A stretch of DNA of 64,000 bases from an uncultured delta proteobacterium (GTDB lineage: Bacteria > Desulfobacterota > RBG-13-43-22), in contig CAWBOS010000013.1 of NCBI GenBank assembly GCA_963790475.1, forward strand, positions 96,001-160,000, given 5' to 3'. The notes beneath the pieces were generated by a model. The model was not told the origin of the DNA. It searched no databases and worked only from the letters and a program-made list of their open reading frames with translations. A program made the position numbers and the translations under genes. Shown here in pieces: positions 10,343 through 20,832 of this stretch (its first letter is position 1; each line of letters opens with the position of its first letter).

Positions 10343-11002
10343 TTAATCCAACCCCGTCAATCCATGGGTAATGGCAAATTTGACCAGAGATGCCGTATCT
10401 TTGAGGCTCAGCTTTTGCATTACCCGGCTGCGGTAGGTCTCGACGGTCTTCTGGGATATGAAAAGGATATCGGCGATGGCGATACTGGTTTTCCCCTCGG
10501 CCACCAATTGGAGGATCTCCCGTTCCCGAGGGCTGAGGCTCTCCAGAGGGCTTTTAGGATGAATTTCCTGGCGCTGAATTAAATAATCTTCTACCAGGAT
10601 TTCATCCACCTTCTGACTCAGATACCGGTGACCTCCATAAACACCCCGAATGGCCTGGATCAATTCTTTGCCGGCCGATTCTTTTATAACAAATCCCTTG
10701 GCCCCGGCCAGGAGGGCCTGATAAATATGTTCTGTGCTGTAATGCATGGAAAGGATGATCACCTTTACTGATGGGCATTCTTCGATGATTTGACGGGTCG
10801 CATCGATTCCGTTTAATTCCGGCATGGCTATATCCATGATCAACACCTCGGGTTTGATTTTCTTGGTCTCCCTAACGGCTTGACGGCCGTCGGAGACTTC
10901 CCCGGTCACGATCATGTCTGGTTGCGCGTTCAGGATAAACTTCAACCCTTCTCTCAGAATCTGGTGATCATCGGCCAGTAAAATCCTGATCTTTTCCGCC
11001 AT
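10343..11002 (-). CDS. NarL/LuxR-family response regulator
   Basis: LLADDH, IMDIAMP, LSPREREILQLVAEG..KTVETYRSRVMQKL. Confidence 0.95.
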   Translation of the reverse strand: MAEKIRILLADDHQILREGLKFILNAQPDMIVTGEVSDGRQAVRETKKIKPEVLIMDIAMPELNGIDATRQIIEECPSVKVIILSMHYSTEHIYQALLAGAKGFVIKESAGKELIQAIRGVYGGHRYLSQKVDEILVEDYLIQRQEIHPKSPLESLSPREREILQLVAEGKTSIAIADILFISQKTVETYRSRVMQKLSLKDTASLVKFAITHGLTGLD

Positions 11003-11012
11003 GCCTTACTCC

Positions 11013-11230
11013 CTGGTTACTCTGGATACTGGATACTCAATACTGGATGCTCGATGCTCGATAAAATAAAATTAAGCGATGCTGGATTTAACTGCCGATC
11101 CTGGATACTGGATGCTGGCTCAAACCAAAACACCGATGCTGGTTGCTTAATGCTTGATTGACTTTATCCAGAATCGAGTATCGCTTTTTGTTTTTATCCA
11201 GTATCAAGAAACCAGTATCCAGCATCCAGC
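11013..11230. repeat. Inverted 7-mer arrays ATRCTSG with no gene between them
   Basis: ctggatactggatactcaatactggatgctcgatgctcgata (forward); atccagtatcaagaaaccagtatccagcatccagc (reverse). Confidence 0.85.
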
Positions 11231-11231
11231 T

Positions 11232-13616
11232 TTATCTTTCCACCGGCAATTGGAGAATAACCCGGGTCCCTTTTCCCGGTTCGGAGGATATCTGGAGATC
11301 TCCCCCCAGAGCCACGGCCCGCTCCCTCATCATAACCAGACCCCATCCCCTATTTTCGCCTCCAAGACGAAACCCCTTAAAACCAAAACCCCGGCCGTCG
11401 TCTGTTATCGTCAGACCTGCTCTGTCTCCAACCCTTTCCAACAGGAGGTCGACCTGGCTGGCGGAGGAATGTTTAGACACATTGGTCAGGGCCTCCTGAA
11501 CGATACGAAAAATAATGGTCTCCATAACAGTGGATAAACGGGGTAAAAACTCCTCCCCCTCCACATTTATTTGGATACCGGTCCTTCTTTGGAACCTCTG
11601 CCCATACCAGTGAAGGGAGGATAGTAAACCAAAATCATCCAGTACGGAAGGACGCAAGTCGGACATGACCTCTCGTATATGCTGGGTTGTTTCTTCCAAC
11701 ATTATCTGTGAATCCTCCAGTCGAGAGGAGATAAGGGATTTTTGATCTTTCGCAACCAAACCAAGAACAATGTTCAGGTTTAAATTCAAGGCCGTCAAGT
11801 TCTGTCCTACCAGATCGTGGAGTGTCCGGGCAATTTCCTTCCGTTCAGTTTCCTCAACCTCGGACAATTTTATGGCCAGGGCCTGCAACTGTTTTTGATA
11901 TTTCAGTAATTCCTGTTCGGCCTGTTTTCGATCGGTGATGTCCTGCCCTGCCGCGAGCACCCCAATCGAATTCCCATCGGCATCTTTGAGGGTTATATCG
12001 TGCCATTCGATCTGTCTTATTCGACCGTCTTTCGTCACGACATGATTTACGTTGCCTTGGGTCTGAATGTCATTCATGGCCTTTAAAAAAAGTGACTTCA
12101 TCATCGTTTGATCTTGCGGAGGCAAAAATGTGCTGAACCAGTCCTTTCCCTGGACTTCAGACAGTGAATATCCTGAAAGTTTTTCCAAATAAGGATTGAA
12201 TCGGACAATCCTGCCTTCCGGATCCAATATTAGGATAATAGCCTGGGCTGTATTAATCAGGCCCTCGGCAAAATTACGTTCGCTTCGCAGTGCCTCCTCC
12301 ATCTGCCTGCGATTAGTGATGTCTTTGGAAATCACCGTCACTGCAGTAACGTTTCCCTGTGGATCTCTAACCGGGCTGAATGTCCGGAGGAAATATTTAG
12401 GCTCTCTTTCGCTTTTGTGTTCAACCTGAAAAGATGCATTTGTTTCAAATACCTCTTTAACTAAACCAGCAAATTGTTGGGTATCTTCTTCGGAATGAAA
12501 TTCACCATAGGATCTACCGATTACCTCATCTAATGAGATGTTGAGCCTTGACAGATGGGCATCGTTCATAAACCGAAACCGGGATTCTTTGTCCACGAGA
12601 TACATGGAGTCATCCGTAGAAGCCAGGGAACGATATCTCTCCTCCGATTCTATCAGCTTCGCCTCCGCCTGTTTACGTTGGGTGATATCACGACAGATTC
12701 CCCGGAACCCGATAATCCGGCCTTCCTTGTCCCGCCGGCAGGATATGGAGTCTTCCGTAAATAGCGGTGTTCCATCTTTTCGCCTGCTCCTGACCGGATT
12801 GTCTTTGATGATCTCTCCTGTCCGGTAGACCCGGTTAAAGGTTTTATAGACTTCTTCCATCTCCTCCGGGGGTATATAGGTCCGGCAGTTCATCCCGATT
12901 AATTCTTCGCGGGAATATTGAAGCTGCCGGCTCATGGAATCGTTAACAAAGGTGAAATTGCCGGCCAAATCCACCTCGTAGTAGCCTTCTCCTATTTCTT
13001 CGATTATGGCGGTTCGATATCTCTCTTCCGATTGTCCTATAACCTCTTCCAGGCGCTTGCGTTCGGTGATGTCGGTAACCGTGGTATGGACCTGAAATGC
13101 TCCCCGGCCTGCCTCCCTCCGAATACTTTCCAAACCGGCATAAAAGGGTGAACCCTCCTGTCTCCTGAGTATAAGGTCACAAGTCTGCTTTTCTCCCTCC
13201 CGTAATACACTTAAAAAATGCTGATCCCATAGGTCCTGGTCGTTGGCTGTTACTATTTTTCTAAACCTGGTGTTGATCAGTTTTTGACGCGCTACCCCCA
13301 GGAGGGTTGAACCGGTGAGATTTACCTCTTTGATCAGGGCTTCCGGGGTGAAGGTAAAGTACCCCACTGGGGCAAAATGATAGAGATCGGCGTACCGTTC
13401 CCTGGCTTCCTCCAGGGCGACCTGGGTCTTTCTGAGCTCCTCATTTTGCATCTCCAGTTCAATCTGGTGAATCTGGAGTTCATGAATAACTTCTTCAAAG
13501 TTCTTCTCCTGTATCCCGTCTGGAACACCGAGGAAACTGGCCAGTTTTCCTTCCGCTTCATCTCTCAATTGGTGGTCGGGACTCCGGCCTTCGATTTGTT
13601 TTTTTTTCTTTCCCAA
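11232..13616 (-). CDS. Multi-PAS histidine kinase (HisKA_3, NarX-like)
   Basis: Four PAS domains, ERKEIARTLHDLVGQ, QEALTNVSKH, DDGRGF; likely partner of the adjacent NarL regulator. Confidence 0.93.
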   Translation of the reverse strand: MGKKKKQIEGRSPDHQLRDEAEGKLASFLGVPDGIQEKNFEEVIHELQIHQIELEMQNEELRKTQVALEEARERYADLYHFAPVGYFTFTPEALIKEVNLTGSTLLGVARQKLINTRFRKIVTANDQDLWDQHFLSVLREGEKQTCDLILRRQEGSPFYAGLESIRREAGRGAFQVHTTVTDITERKRLEEVIGQSEERYRTAIIEEIGEGYYEVDLAGNFTFVNDSMSRQLQYSREELIGMNCRTYIPPEEMEEVYKTFNRVYRTGEIIKDNPVRSRRKDGTPLFTEDSISCRRDKEGRIIGFRGICRDITQRKQAEAKLIESEERYRSLASTDDSMYLVDKESRFRFMNDAHLSRLNISLDEVIGRSYGEFHSEEDTQQFAGLVKEVFETNASFQVEHKSEREPKYFLRTFSPVRDPQGNVTAVTVISKDITNRRQMEEALRSERNFAEGLINTAQAIILILDPEGRIVRFNPYLEKLSGYSLSEVQGKDWFSTFLPPQDQTMMKSLFLKAMNDIQTQGNVNHVVTKDGRIRQIEWHDITLKDADGNSIGVLAAGQDITDRKQAEQELLKYQKQLQALAIKLSEVEETERKEIARTLHDLVGQNLTALNLNLNIVLGLVAKDQKSLISSRLEDSQIMLEETTQHIREVMSDLRPSVLDDFGLLSSLHWYGQRFQRRTGIQINVEGEEFLPRLSTVMETIIFRIVQEALTNVSKHSSASQVDLLLERVGDRAGLTITDDGRGFGFKGFRLGGENRGWGLVMMRERAVALGGDLQISSEPGKGTRVILQLPVER

Positions 13617-13625
13617 TGCTCTACC

Positions 13626-14723
13626 TCATGAAGAATAACATTCATTTTTTCCTCTGGCCTTGGCCTGATACATGTTCTGATCGACCCGTTGGATAAAGGT
13701 CTTGAGATCCTCCTGGTTTTGATACTGGGAAAGGCCGATACTGCAGGTAACCCGGACCTCGGCCTTGGGGGCCGAATTAAAGGCTGTCTCTTGAATCCCG
13801 TAACGAATTCGTTCGGCCAGAATCAGGGCCCGTTTGGCCGAGGTTTCCGGCATGACGACCAGGAATTCCTCCCCACCGAAGCGAAAGGCCGTATCGGTCC
13901 GGCGAATACATTCCCGGATGATTTTGGCCACTTTCACTAAAACCCCGTCGCCCTCCAGATGTCCGAAGGTATCATTGAATTGTTTGAAATCGTCAAGGTC
14001 CAGCAATAACATGGCCAGTTGACGTTGATAGCGGTTGGTCCGTTCGATCTCCTGCTTCAGTTGTTGATAAAAATATCTCTGGTTGAAAAGATGGGTGAGG
14101 TCATCGGTCATACTCAGTTCACGAAAACGTTGCTCTCGTTCCTGCAAAGCTCCCTGCATCCTTTTATTTTCACTGATGTCGCTTATAGCCGTGAGGACCA
14201 GGGGGGTTCCGGTCTTGAGTTCCTTTCGGATACTGTCCAATTGGGCCTGGAAAATGGAGCCATCCGATCTTTTGAGCGTCAGTTCGCAACCCTGCCTCTC
14301 GCCCTGCTGTAACACACTCAGGAAATGCCGGTCCCAGCGGTCCTGCTCTTTGGTCTCCACCATTCTTCGAAACCGGGTGTTGGTCAGCTTGTGACGGGTC
14401 ATACCCAGCAGGGCTGCACCACAGAGATTGACCTCGTTGATCAGGGCTTCCGGGCTGAAGGTAAAGTACCCCACCGGGGCAAAATCATAGAGGTCCAGGT
14501 ACTTTTCTTTGGACTCCTCCAGGGCCAGTTGGATTCTTCTAAGCTCCTCATTTTGCATCTCCAACTCGATCTGGTGCACCTGTAGTTCATGGAGAAGTTC
14601 CTCAGGGCTTTTTCCTATCATGCCCGACCTCTTGCCGGATGACCGCGAGAGTTTCTTCTCGGCGGCATCCCTCAAATGGGAGTCACTGAGGTCTTTGCCT
14701 TTGTTCTCGTTTTGTTTTTTCAT
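13626..14723 (-). CDS. PAS-GGDEF diguanylate cyclase
   Basis: DLDDFKQFNDTFGH, RTDTAFRFGGEEF. Confidence 0.93.
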   Translation of the reverse strand: MKKQNENKGKDLSDSHLRDAAEKKLSRSSGKRSGMIGKSPEELLHELQVHQIELEMQNEELRRIQLALEESKEKYLDLYDFAPVGYFTFSPEALINEVNLCGAALLGMTRHKLTNTRFRRMVETKEQDRWDRHFLSVLQQGERQGCELTLKRSDGSIFQAQLDSIRKELKTGTPLVLTAISDISENKRMQGALQEREQRFRELSMTDDLTHLFNQRYFYQQLKQEIERTNRYQRQLAMLLLDLDDFKQFNDTFGHLEGDGVLVKVAKIIRECIRRTDTAFRFGGEEFLVVMPETSAKRALILAERIRYGIQETAFNSAPKAEVRVTCSIGLSQYQNQEDLKTFIQRVDQNMYQAKARGKNECYSS

Positions 14724-14732
14724 CGGTCACCC

Positions 14733-15024
14733 TTTCGGATTTCGGATTTCGGAATCCTGCTGCTTGTCTTTCCTAGATCCCCTCTCCCCGATCAGGTCGA
14801 GGACAAGCTTCGCGGGAATGACGGAAAAAAGTCATTCCCCCATTTTTTCCGTCATTCCCACGAAAGTGGGAATCCAGAGGTTTTCATGAATTCTCACTTG
14901 CATATCTCCTCATATAGATCATTCCATTCAGAGTTATGTGCTTCTATAAAATTGCTTCATTTCCCTCCTATACTGGATTCCCGCGTTCGCGAGGAATGAC
15001 GGAGAACATCCGAAATCCGCAATC
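14733..15024. repeat. REP-like palindromes bracketed by inverted 7-mer arrays
   Basis: tttcggatttcggatttcggaat (14733-14755); gtcattcccacgaaagtgggaatccag; ctggattcccgcgttcgcgaggaatgac; atccgaaatccgcaatc (15008-15024). Confidence 0.8.
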
Positions 15025-17968
15025 ACAGGATGTTTTCCATGGCCAGGAGGATCAACTGGACCCGGCCCCCTTCTGCGGGAATCTGCCGGGCGTTCAACAG
15101 CATTCTCCGGTGTCCGATGATGGGAAAGTCGTGCTCCACTTCCATGTTCTCAAAACTGGTATCTTTGGGCAAAACGGTCTCCAGCAGCTCCCTTAACCGG
15201 GGAATATCCCACTGGCGGGCACCCAGGTCAAAAAAACTCCTGCCCACGGTTTCTTCGGGTTTGACCTGAAAGGCCTGGTAAAAAGAGCGGCCGGCGGAGA
15301 TCACCTTGAAATCGCCGTCCAGAATGATCAGGGGCTCCCGGACCGTATCCACAATACTTTGAGCATAGTCTCGGGCCTGCCGGACCTTCTCTTCGATTAT
15401 TTTGATTGCCGTGATGTCGTTAAAAGTCAGCACCACCCCCTGGATCACATTTTCCAGGGTCCGGTAGGGCATAATGCGGACCAGGAACCACTCCTGGCCG
15501 GTCGTCTTTATTTTCAGCTCTCGGGGCACCAACGATTGGAGTACGGCCCGGGCTTCCTCTTCCAGTTCCTCTTTCTCCAGATTGGACTTGATATCGCGTA
15601 AGGGACGGCCGACGTCCGTGCCCACCAGACGAAACACCTTGGCCGCTTCCCGGGTAAATCGTTTTATAACCAGGTTTTCATCCAGGAAGATGGTCCCGAT
15701 ATGGATGTTGTCGATAAGGTTTTTCATGTCGTTCTGCATCCCGGCCAATTGTTCTATTTTGGCCTGAAATTCGGCATTGACGGTCAGTATTTCTTCATTG
15801 ACCGACTGGATCTCCTCCTTGGAGGTCTCCAACTCTTCGTTGGTGGACTGCAACTCTTCATTGGTGGACTGGAGTTCTTCATTGGTGGAGGTGAGTTCTT
15901 CGTTGGCGGCTTGCAGTTCCTCGATGGTGGCCTGAAGATTTTCTTTAGTGTAGGAGAGTTCCTGTTCCAGTTCCAATACTCGGCTGGACCCCCCTTTCCT
16001 GACCATGAGACCGGCCCTGGCCGGCTTTTCTTTGACCTGGGATCCTGCCTCCTGGAAGCTGACCAGCAGTATTCCCTGGTCGATCTCCGGTATGGTGAGA
16101 GGCTTTACAGAAAGGGTAATTCCCTGTTTGCCCCCATCGGTCTTAATCAGGAGATCCTTGCCGACCACCGAGGTTCCCTGCTTGATCGCCTGGTGGATGG
16201 CCGTGCGCAGTTCCAATTGCAGACCCTCGCGGGCCATTTCGATAACATTCAGAGTGGCCTGACCCGGGGCCGGCCGCAGGTATTTACCGGTATCCCCATG
16301 AACAAAGAGGATATTTCCTTTCTCGTCAATAACCACTGATGGGGGCGCGTAGGTCTGGAGCAATATTTGCTCGGTGAGCTCCAACAAATCGGTATCTTTG
16401 GCCTTTTTTATCGGTTCGCCCGGTTCCCTCCGAATCGAGCCCCCTCTCCAGGCCAGCCCCCCTCCGGCCAAACCCTCGCCGGGCGCATTCAGGGATCCCT
16501 TGGCCCGAAAAAACTTCCACTTTTTGTTAATGGGCGCAAAGAGGTCGGTGAAACCCCCGATACTTTCCGAGGAGCTGAGGAAAAGGACCCCTCCCGGTTT
16601 CAAGGCATAATGAAAGACCGGGAAAAGCCGGCCCTGAAGTTCCGATTCGAGGTAGATGAGCAGATTCCGGCAGCTAAGGAGATCCAGTCTGGTGAAAGGC
16701 GGGTCCTTGATCACATTCTGGGTGGCAAAGATGATCATATCCCTTATTTCTTTTTTGATTCGAAAGCCGTCCTCCTCTTTGCTGAAAAACCGTTTCAACC
16801 TCTCCGGGGGAACGTCGATACCGATATTGGCCGGGTAGATACCGGAACGGGCGGAGGTAATCGAATCCTCATCAATGTCCGTACTGTAGATCTGGACCTT
16901 GTACTCCTGCCTGGTCTCATCCATGAACTCCCGGAAGAGGATGGCAATGGAATAGGCTTCCTCACCGGTGGCGCACCCGGGTACCCAGATTCTGAAATAA
17001 TAATTCTCCGGTTTTTGGGCGAAAAGGTCCGGCAGGATATCCTTTTTCAGCACGGCAAAGGCCTCCGGGTCCCGGAAAAAGCTGGTGACATTAATGAGAA
17101 GTTCTTTGAACAGGAGATGCACTTCCGGTGGGCTCTCCTTCAGGAAACGGGCATAGGTATCCGTATCTTCTATGGAGTTGACAGCCATCCGTCGTTCGAT
17201 CCTGCGTCGGATGGTGTTCTGCTTATAGAGGGAAAAGTCATGGCCGGTTCTGGATCTCAAGAGCATCATGATCTTGTTAAGGGCGCTGGTTGGGGGGGAA
17301 ACAGGAGGAGCCGGTTTTATCTTTTTTTCAAAAAAGGTCTTCTTGTAGAACAACAAATGTTCCGGTATCCTTTCCACCGGCAGGATATAAGTGGCCAGCC
17401 CGGCCTGGATGGCGCTGGCGGGCATGCCGTCATACTTGGCCGTAGCCGGATCTTGTACATAAGATACCCCCCCGGCGCCGATAATGGCCCGCAGCCCGAA
17501 GGTGCCATCGGACCCGCTTCCGGAGAGGATAACCCCGATGGCCCTTTCTCCCTGGTCTTCGGCCAGGGAGCGCAGAAAAAAATCTATGGGCATCCGATGG
17601 CCCCGCTGCAATTCCGGAACAGTGATCTGGATGGCCCTGTGAAAGACGGACATGTCCCGGTTCGGGGGAATCACATAGACCCGGTCCGGTGCCACGACCA
17701 TCTGGTCCTGGGCTTCAATGACCGTCATGGTGGTAACTCTTTGCAGGATCTCGGTCAGCATACTGGCGTGCCCCGGATCGAGATGGGAAACCAGGACGAA
17801 AGCCATACCGCTGTCCGGCTTTGTGTGACGGAAAAAATTCTCATAGGCCTCCAACCCTCCGGCCGAGGCCCCCAACCCGATGATGGGAAAGTTGATCTCC
17901 GGTATTGATCTCGACTTTGAATTGAGGGAACCTTCCGACTTCAGGTTATTATGGTTTTTGGTCTTCAC
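15023..17968 (-). CDS. CheB-CheR fusion protein with coiled coil and PAS domains (MAC1-type)
   Basis: CheB triad GASAGG/VSHL/SGSDG; CheR INVTSFFRDP, PGCATGEEAYS, CRNLLIY; heptads (NEELQST)n; C-terminal PAS. Confidence 0.95.
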   Translation of the reverse strand: MKTKNHNNLKSEGSLNSKSRSIPEINFPIIGLGASAGGLEAYENFFRHTKPDSGMAFVLVSHLDPGHASMLTEILQRVTTMTVIEAQDQMVVAPDRVYVIPPNRDMSVFHRAIQITVPELQRGHRMPIDFFLRSLAEDQGERAIGVILSGSGSDGTFGLRAIIGAGGVSYVQDPATAKYDGMPASAIQAGLATYILPVERIPEHLLFYKKTFFEKKIKPAPPVSPPTSALNKIMMLLRSRTGHDFSLYKQNTIRRRIERRMAVNSIEDTDTYARFLKESPPEVHLLFKELLINVTSFFRDPEAFAVLKKDILPDLFAQKPENYYFRIWVPGCATGEEAYSIAILFREFMDETRQEYKVQIYSTDIDEDSITSARSGIYPANIGIDVPPERLKRFFSKEEDGFRIKKEIRDMIIFATQNVIKDPPFTRLDLLSCRNLLIYLESELQGRLFPVFHYALKPGGVLFLSSSESIGGFTDLFAPINKKWKFFRAKGSLNAPGEGLAGGGLAWRGGSIRREPGEPIKKAKDTDLLELTEQILLQTYAPPSVVIDEKGNILFVHGDTGKYLRPAPGQATLNVIEMAREGLQLELRTAIHQAIKQGTSVVGKDLLIKTDGGKQGITLSVKPLTIPEIDQGILLVSFQEAGSQVKEKPARAGLMVRKGGSSRVLELEQELSYTKENLQATIEELQAANEELTSTNEELQSTNEELQSTNEELETSKEEIQSVNEEILTVNAEFQAKIEQLAGMQNDMKNLIDNIHIGTIFLDENLVIKRFTREAAKVFRLVGTDVGRPLRDIKSNLEKEELEEEARAVLQSLVPRELKIKTTGQEWFLVRIMPYRTLENVIQGVVLTFNDITAIKIIEEKVRQARDYAQSIVDTVREPLIILDGDFKVISAGRSFYQAFQVKPEETVGRSFFDLGARQWDIPRLRELLETVLPKDTSFENMEVEHDFPIIGHRRMLLNARQIPAEGGRVQLILLAMENIL

Positions 17969-18576
17969 GGCTTTCTCCTTGGCGATAGGCCATGCCCGGG
18001 GTGGGAAACCTTTGCCGGCCTTTCCCCTGAATAACTATGAAAAAGGCGAATATCGGGCATCATTGTTGCCGGAAATTGTTTGGGTCCAAAGGCCAGGCGC
18101 TTCATACGTGACCTTCGAAAAATATTCCCTTTTGCCAGATTTCTACGTCGGGCTGAAATTTCGATCCTCGAAATATTAAATATATTCGTCTGGTTAAAAT
18201 TCTTGCCTTCCTTGACCCTGACCAAATTGAACATTTTTTAAAGGCCTCAAATATAGGAAACGGAAATCGAATATTAAACAGATGGATGGATGGGTAAGAA
18301 CCGGGCCAACAGGTTCCATGATGGTAGGGTCCTAGTAAGAGTTTATCGCAGAGCAACTTGGCCTGAATTTCGGATCTCTTGTTAATGTCTAAACAATATT
18401 CTAAGAACTTTGATAGAATGAGTCAACAAAAAAGAAAGCATTGCCTTTTGAAGTCTTGCATGGTTTTCAAAAAAGGAGGATTGAAGAATACAACGATTCT
18501 TCTGATGTCCCCCGATCCATTCTTCGTCAAATCTTTTCCGGTACTGGCGTAACTTCACCTTGCCTCTAAGTGGTGA

Positions 18577-18621
18577 GCCTTCCCCGCCTTCCCCGCCTTC
18601 CCCGCCTTCCCCGCCTTCCCC
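18577..18621 (+). repeat. Perfect tandem repeat (GCCTTCCCC)x5
   Basis: Five exact 9-bp units counted in the sequence. Confidence 0.95.
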
Positions 18622-19058
18622 CTGGACTCACCTCACTTCATTCAATTCAATTTCAGTAGTTTCCAAGAAAAAAGCAAAAAAACTTGACTTTTTTTGACAA
18701 GCTCATTTGGTATCCCTTCCAGTTATCCTTTTTGGATACCCATCTATCATGCAGATGCCCCTTTGTTCATTTGGCTTTAAAGCGCCAGTACACGATAGAC
18801 CGAAGTCAATCTGTCTCCACGGATTTCTAACATGGATTCGTTTATCGCCGCCATAACCGCCGATCGCAAAGGTTCCCGTAGTTCAACTTTTTCAGCCAAC
18901 CCAAGAAGGTAGACAGACGGCAATGTCTCGCTTCTTTCAAGGCCCGGCCGGTTTCCGCATCTGGCCTTGCTTGTGCATTTCCAAGGGCGATAACCCCGGC
19001 CAGGGCCCCGGCTTCTTGCGCAAATAATAAGGGCGATGATACGTTCCGGGGGTCCTGG

Positions 19059-19559
19059 CCCCTTACGGAATATAGAGATGATATTCTCTACCCGGTTTCC
19101 TTTGATAGCGCAGGCGCCAAGGCACAGATGCGAGTCTTCTTTGACGCAGCAGAAATGCAAGCCAAGGGTACTCCTCCCGGGGAACTAAAGAAAATCATCA
19201 AAGACCGTTACAAATCAGGATACTATAAAGCGCCGGAACGAGCCGGTATCTCATATATGCTATCGCCAGTGCTGAGAACGTACATGAACCCGGAAGAAAA
19301 CGACAGTGTCGTCACCCTTAACGTGCCACACGTCATGTACTACGCCCCCAATGTATCCAATGAAGACATAGGCGGCGGGCAATTGGGTGGCATGTATCCT
19401 TTTGTTATAATGCCCGGCCCCCATGGATACTTCATCCAGTTTCTCGGCCTAACGGAAAGAGCGGCCATTAATAAGGAGTACGAAGAGATGCTTGCACGAC
19501 TTTGCAAAATAAACGAAAAGTGGTGTTTAACCCCTATGCCGGCTTCGATCTACAAATGA
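19059..19559 (+). pseudogene. 5'-truncated conserved hypothetical protein
   Basis: Frame is open upstream of ATG 19128 (PLTEYRDDILYPVSFDSAGAKAQM); motifs AGISYMLSP and PHVMYYAP look like a C-terminal half. Confidence 0.45.
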
Positions 19560-19736
19560 AAGCTTGCAAAATCGAAGAAGTGTGGTGTTTGCCAAAAGAG
19601 AAAGACCAATATTGATGGGAACGAGTGAGGACACGCTCTCACTTATTCGCGCTCACCACAGCGGCTGGATTCGCCCAAGGAGATTAATAAGCTATTGCGT
19701 CCTTAATTCTTGGCCATACGATAAAGGAGGGAAATC

Positions 19737-20171
19737 ATGCCTGATATTCTTCACAGAGTCGGAATCAGATCCGCACCTCAAAAGGTTTTTGAGGCGCTTT
19801 CCACTATTGATGGACTTTCTCATTGGTGAGTTGTGGATACTAAGGGGAACGCCGAGCAAGGTGGAATTATTAACTTCGGGTTCGCCGACATGAGAGTTGT
19901 GGAGCTAAAGCCTGACAAACTAGTGAAATGGAAATGCGTGAAGGGGCCTAAGGAGTGGCTGGATACAGACCTGACCTTTCAATTGAAGGCCAAAAAGGAT
20001 CAGACTTTTACTTTTGTCCTATTCACGCACGCCAACTGGAAGAAACCCACAGAATTAATGCGCCATTGCAGTACGAAGTGGGCTACATTTCTTTTAAGTT
20101 TGAGGGATTGGTTGGAAAGGGGTGAAGGTCGTCCCTCTCCTTATGATGTCAAAATTGCTGTTGATGATTAA
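19737..20171 (+). pseudogene. SRPBCC/AHSA1-domain protein with an in-frame TGA
   Basis: RBS aaggagg, then MPDILHRVGIRSAPQKVFEALSTIDGLSHW*(19827-19829)VVDTKG...HCSTKWATFLLSL. The stop replaces the second Trp of the WW motif. Confidence 0.8.
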
Positions 20172-20552
20172 ACATTTTTAGATTGAGCAAAGGCCTCGTT
20201 GTCGTCTTCGGTCCTGTCTCTGACCCCAAGGGCACTTTGAGGTGGCCCCAAAAATTGGACGATGTAATAAGCTTTGAGTTAGCCCGAAAGGAAGGAGGCG
20301 GCTGTGGGCAAAAAGGAGGGATGAAACCTCTCGTTCAAGGATGGAGTAGTCCAACCGTTTCTCGCATATTTCAATAAGTAACAGTTAATTTTAGGGGCTA
20401 CCCTTTTAGTGGATTGTATGTGTAAGGGGTTAATTGGGGGGAGAAGACTGTTTTTTCGAGTAATTTAAAGTAGCTGAAACTTTATGATATTATCCGAAAA
20501 ACCGCCCGATAATTTGTTCGGCGGTGAGACAAAGGAGGATGACGGAGTGAAA

Positions 20553-20765
20553 ATGTCGCTCAAGACCTATACGGCATAAAGCATCGGCTGTGCTGTTGTA
20601 TGGGCCGTCATTTTGGCTTTTGTTGCGTCTGAAGCCAGCAAAGAAACTAGGCAGACCTTTTTCTTGCTCTTCCTTGGATGGGTGATCGGGTGGCTCTCGG
20701 CCACGATCGCCAGGGCCGTTTACCCGCCACCTAAATCGCGGCGGCCGGTGGACAAAGCTTCCTGA
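20553..20765 (+). pseudogene. Small two-TM membrane protein in an integron cassette, with premature TAA
   Basis: MSLKTYTA*(20577-20579)SIGCAVVWAVILAFVA...FLGWVIGWLSATIARAVYPPPK. Confidence 0.7.
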
Positions 20766-20832
20766 GGGTTGGGAAAATCAAATACGGGCCACGTAGCCGT
20801 GGTCGGCAAACCGGTGCATTCAAGGCTGGCTT

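Noticed and set aside
9703-11230. Repeat arrays as CRISPR
   Set aside because: Units are 7 bp and degenerate, with no 25-40 bp repeats, unique spacers or cas genes.
15820-15930. 21-bp periodic nucleotide repeat
   Set aside because: Explained by the NEELQST coiled-coil heptads of the CheBR protein.
19827-19829. In-frame TGA in the SRPBCC gene as selenocysteine or genetic code 4
   Set aside because: It replaces a Trp, not a Cys; TGA is a normal stop in many genes here; the neighbouring genes are also decayed.
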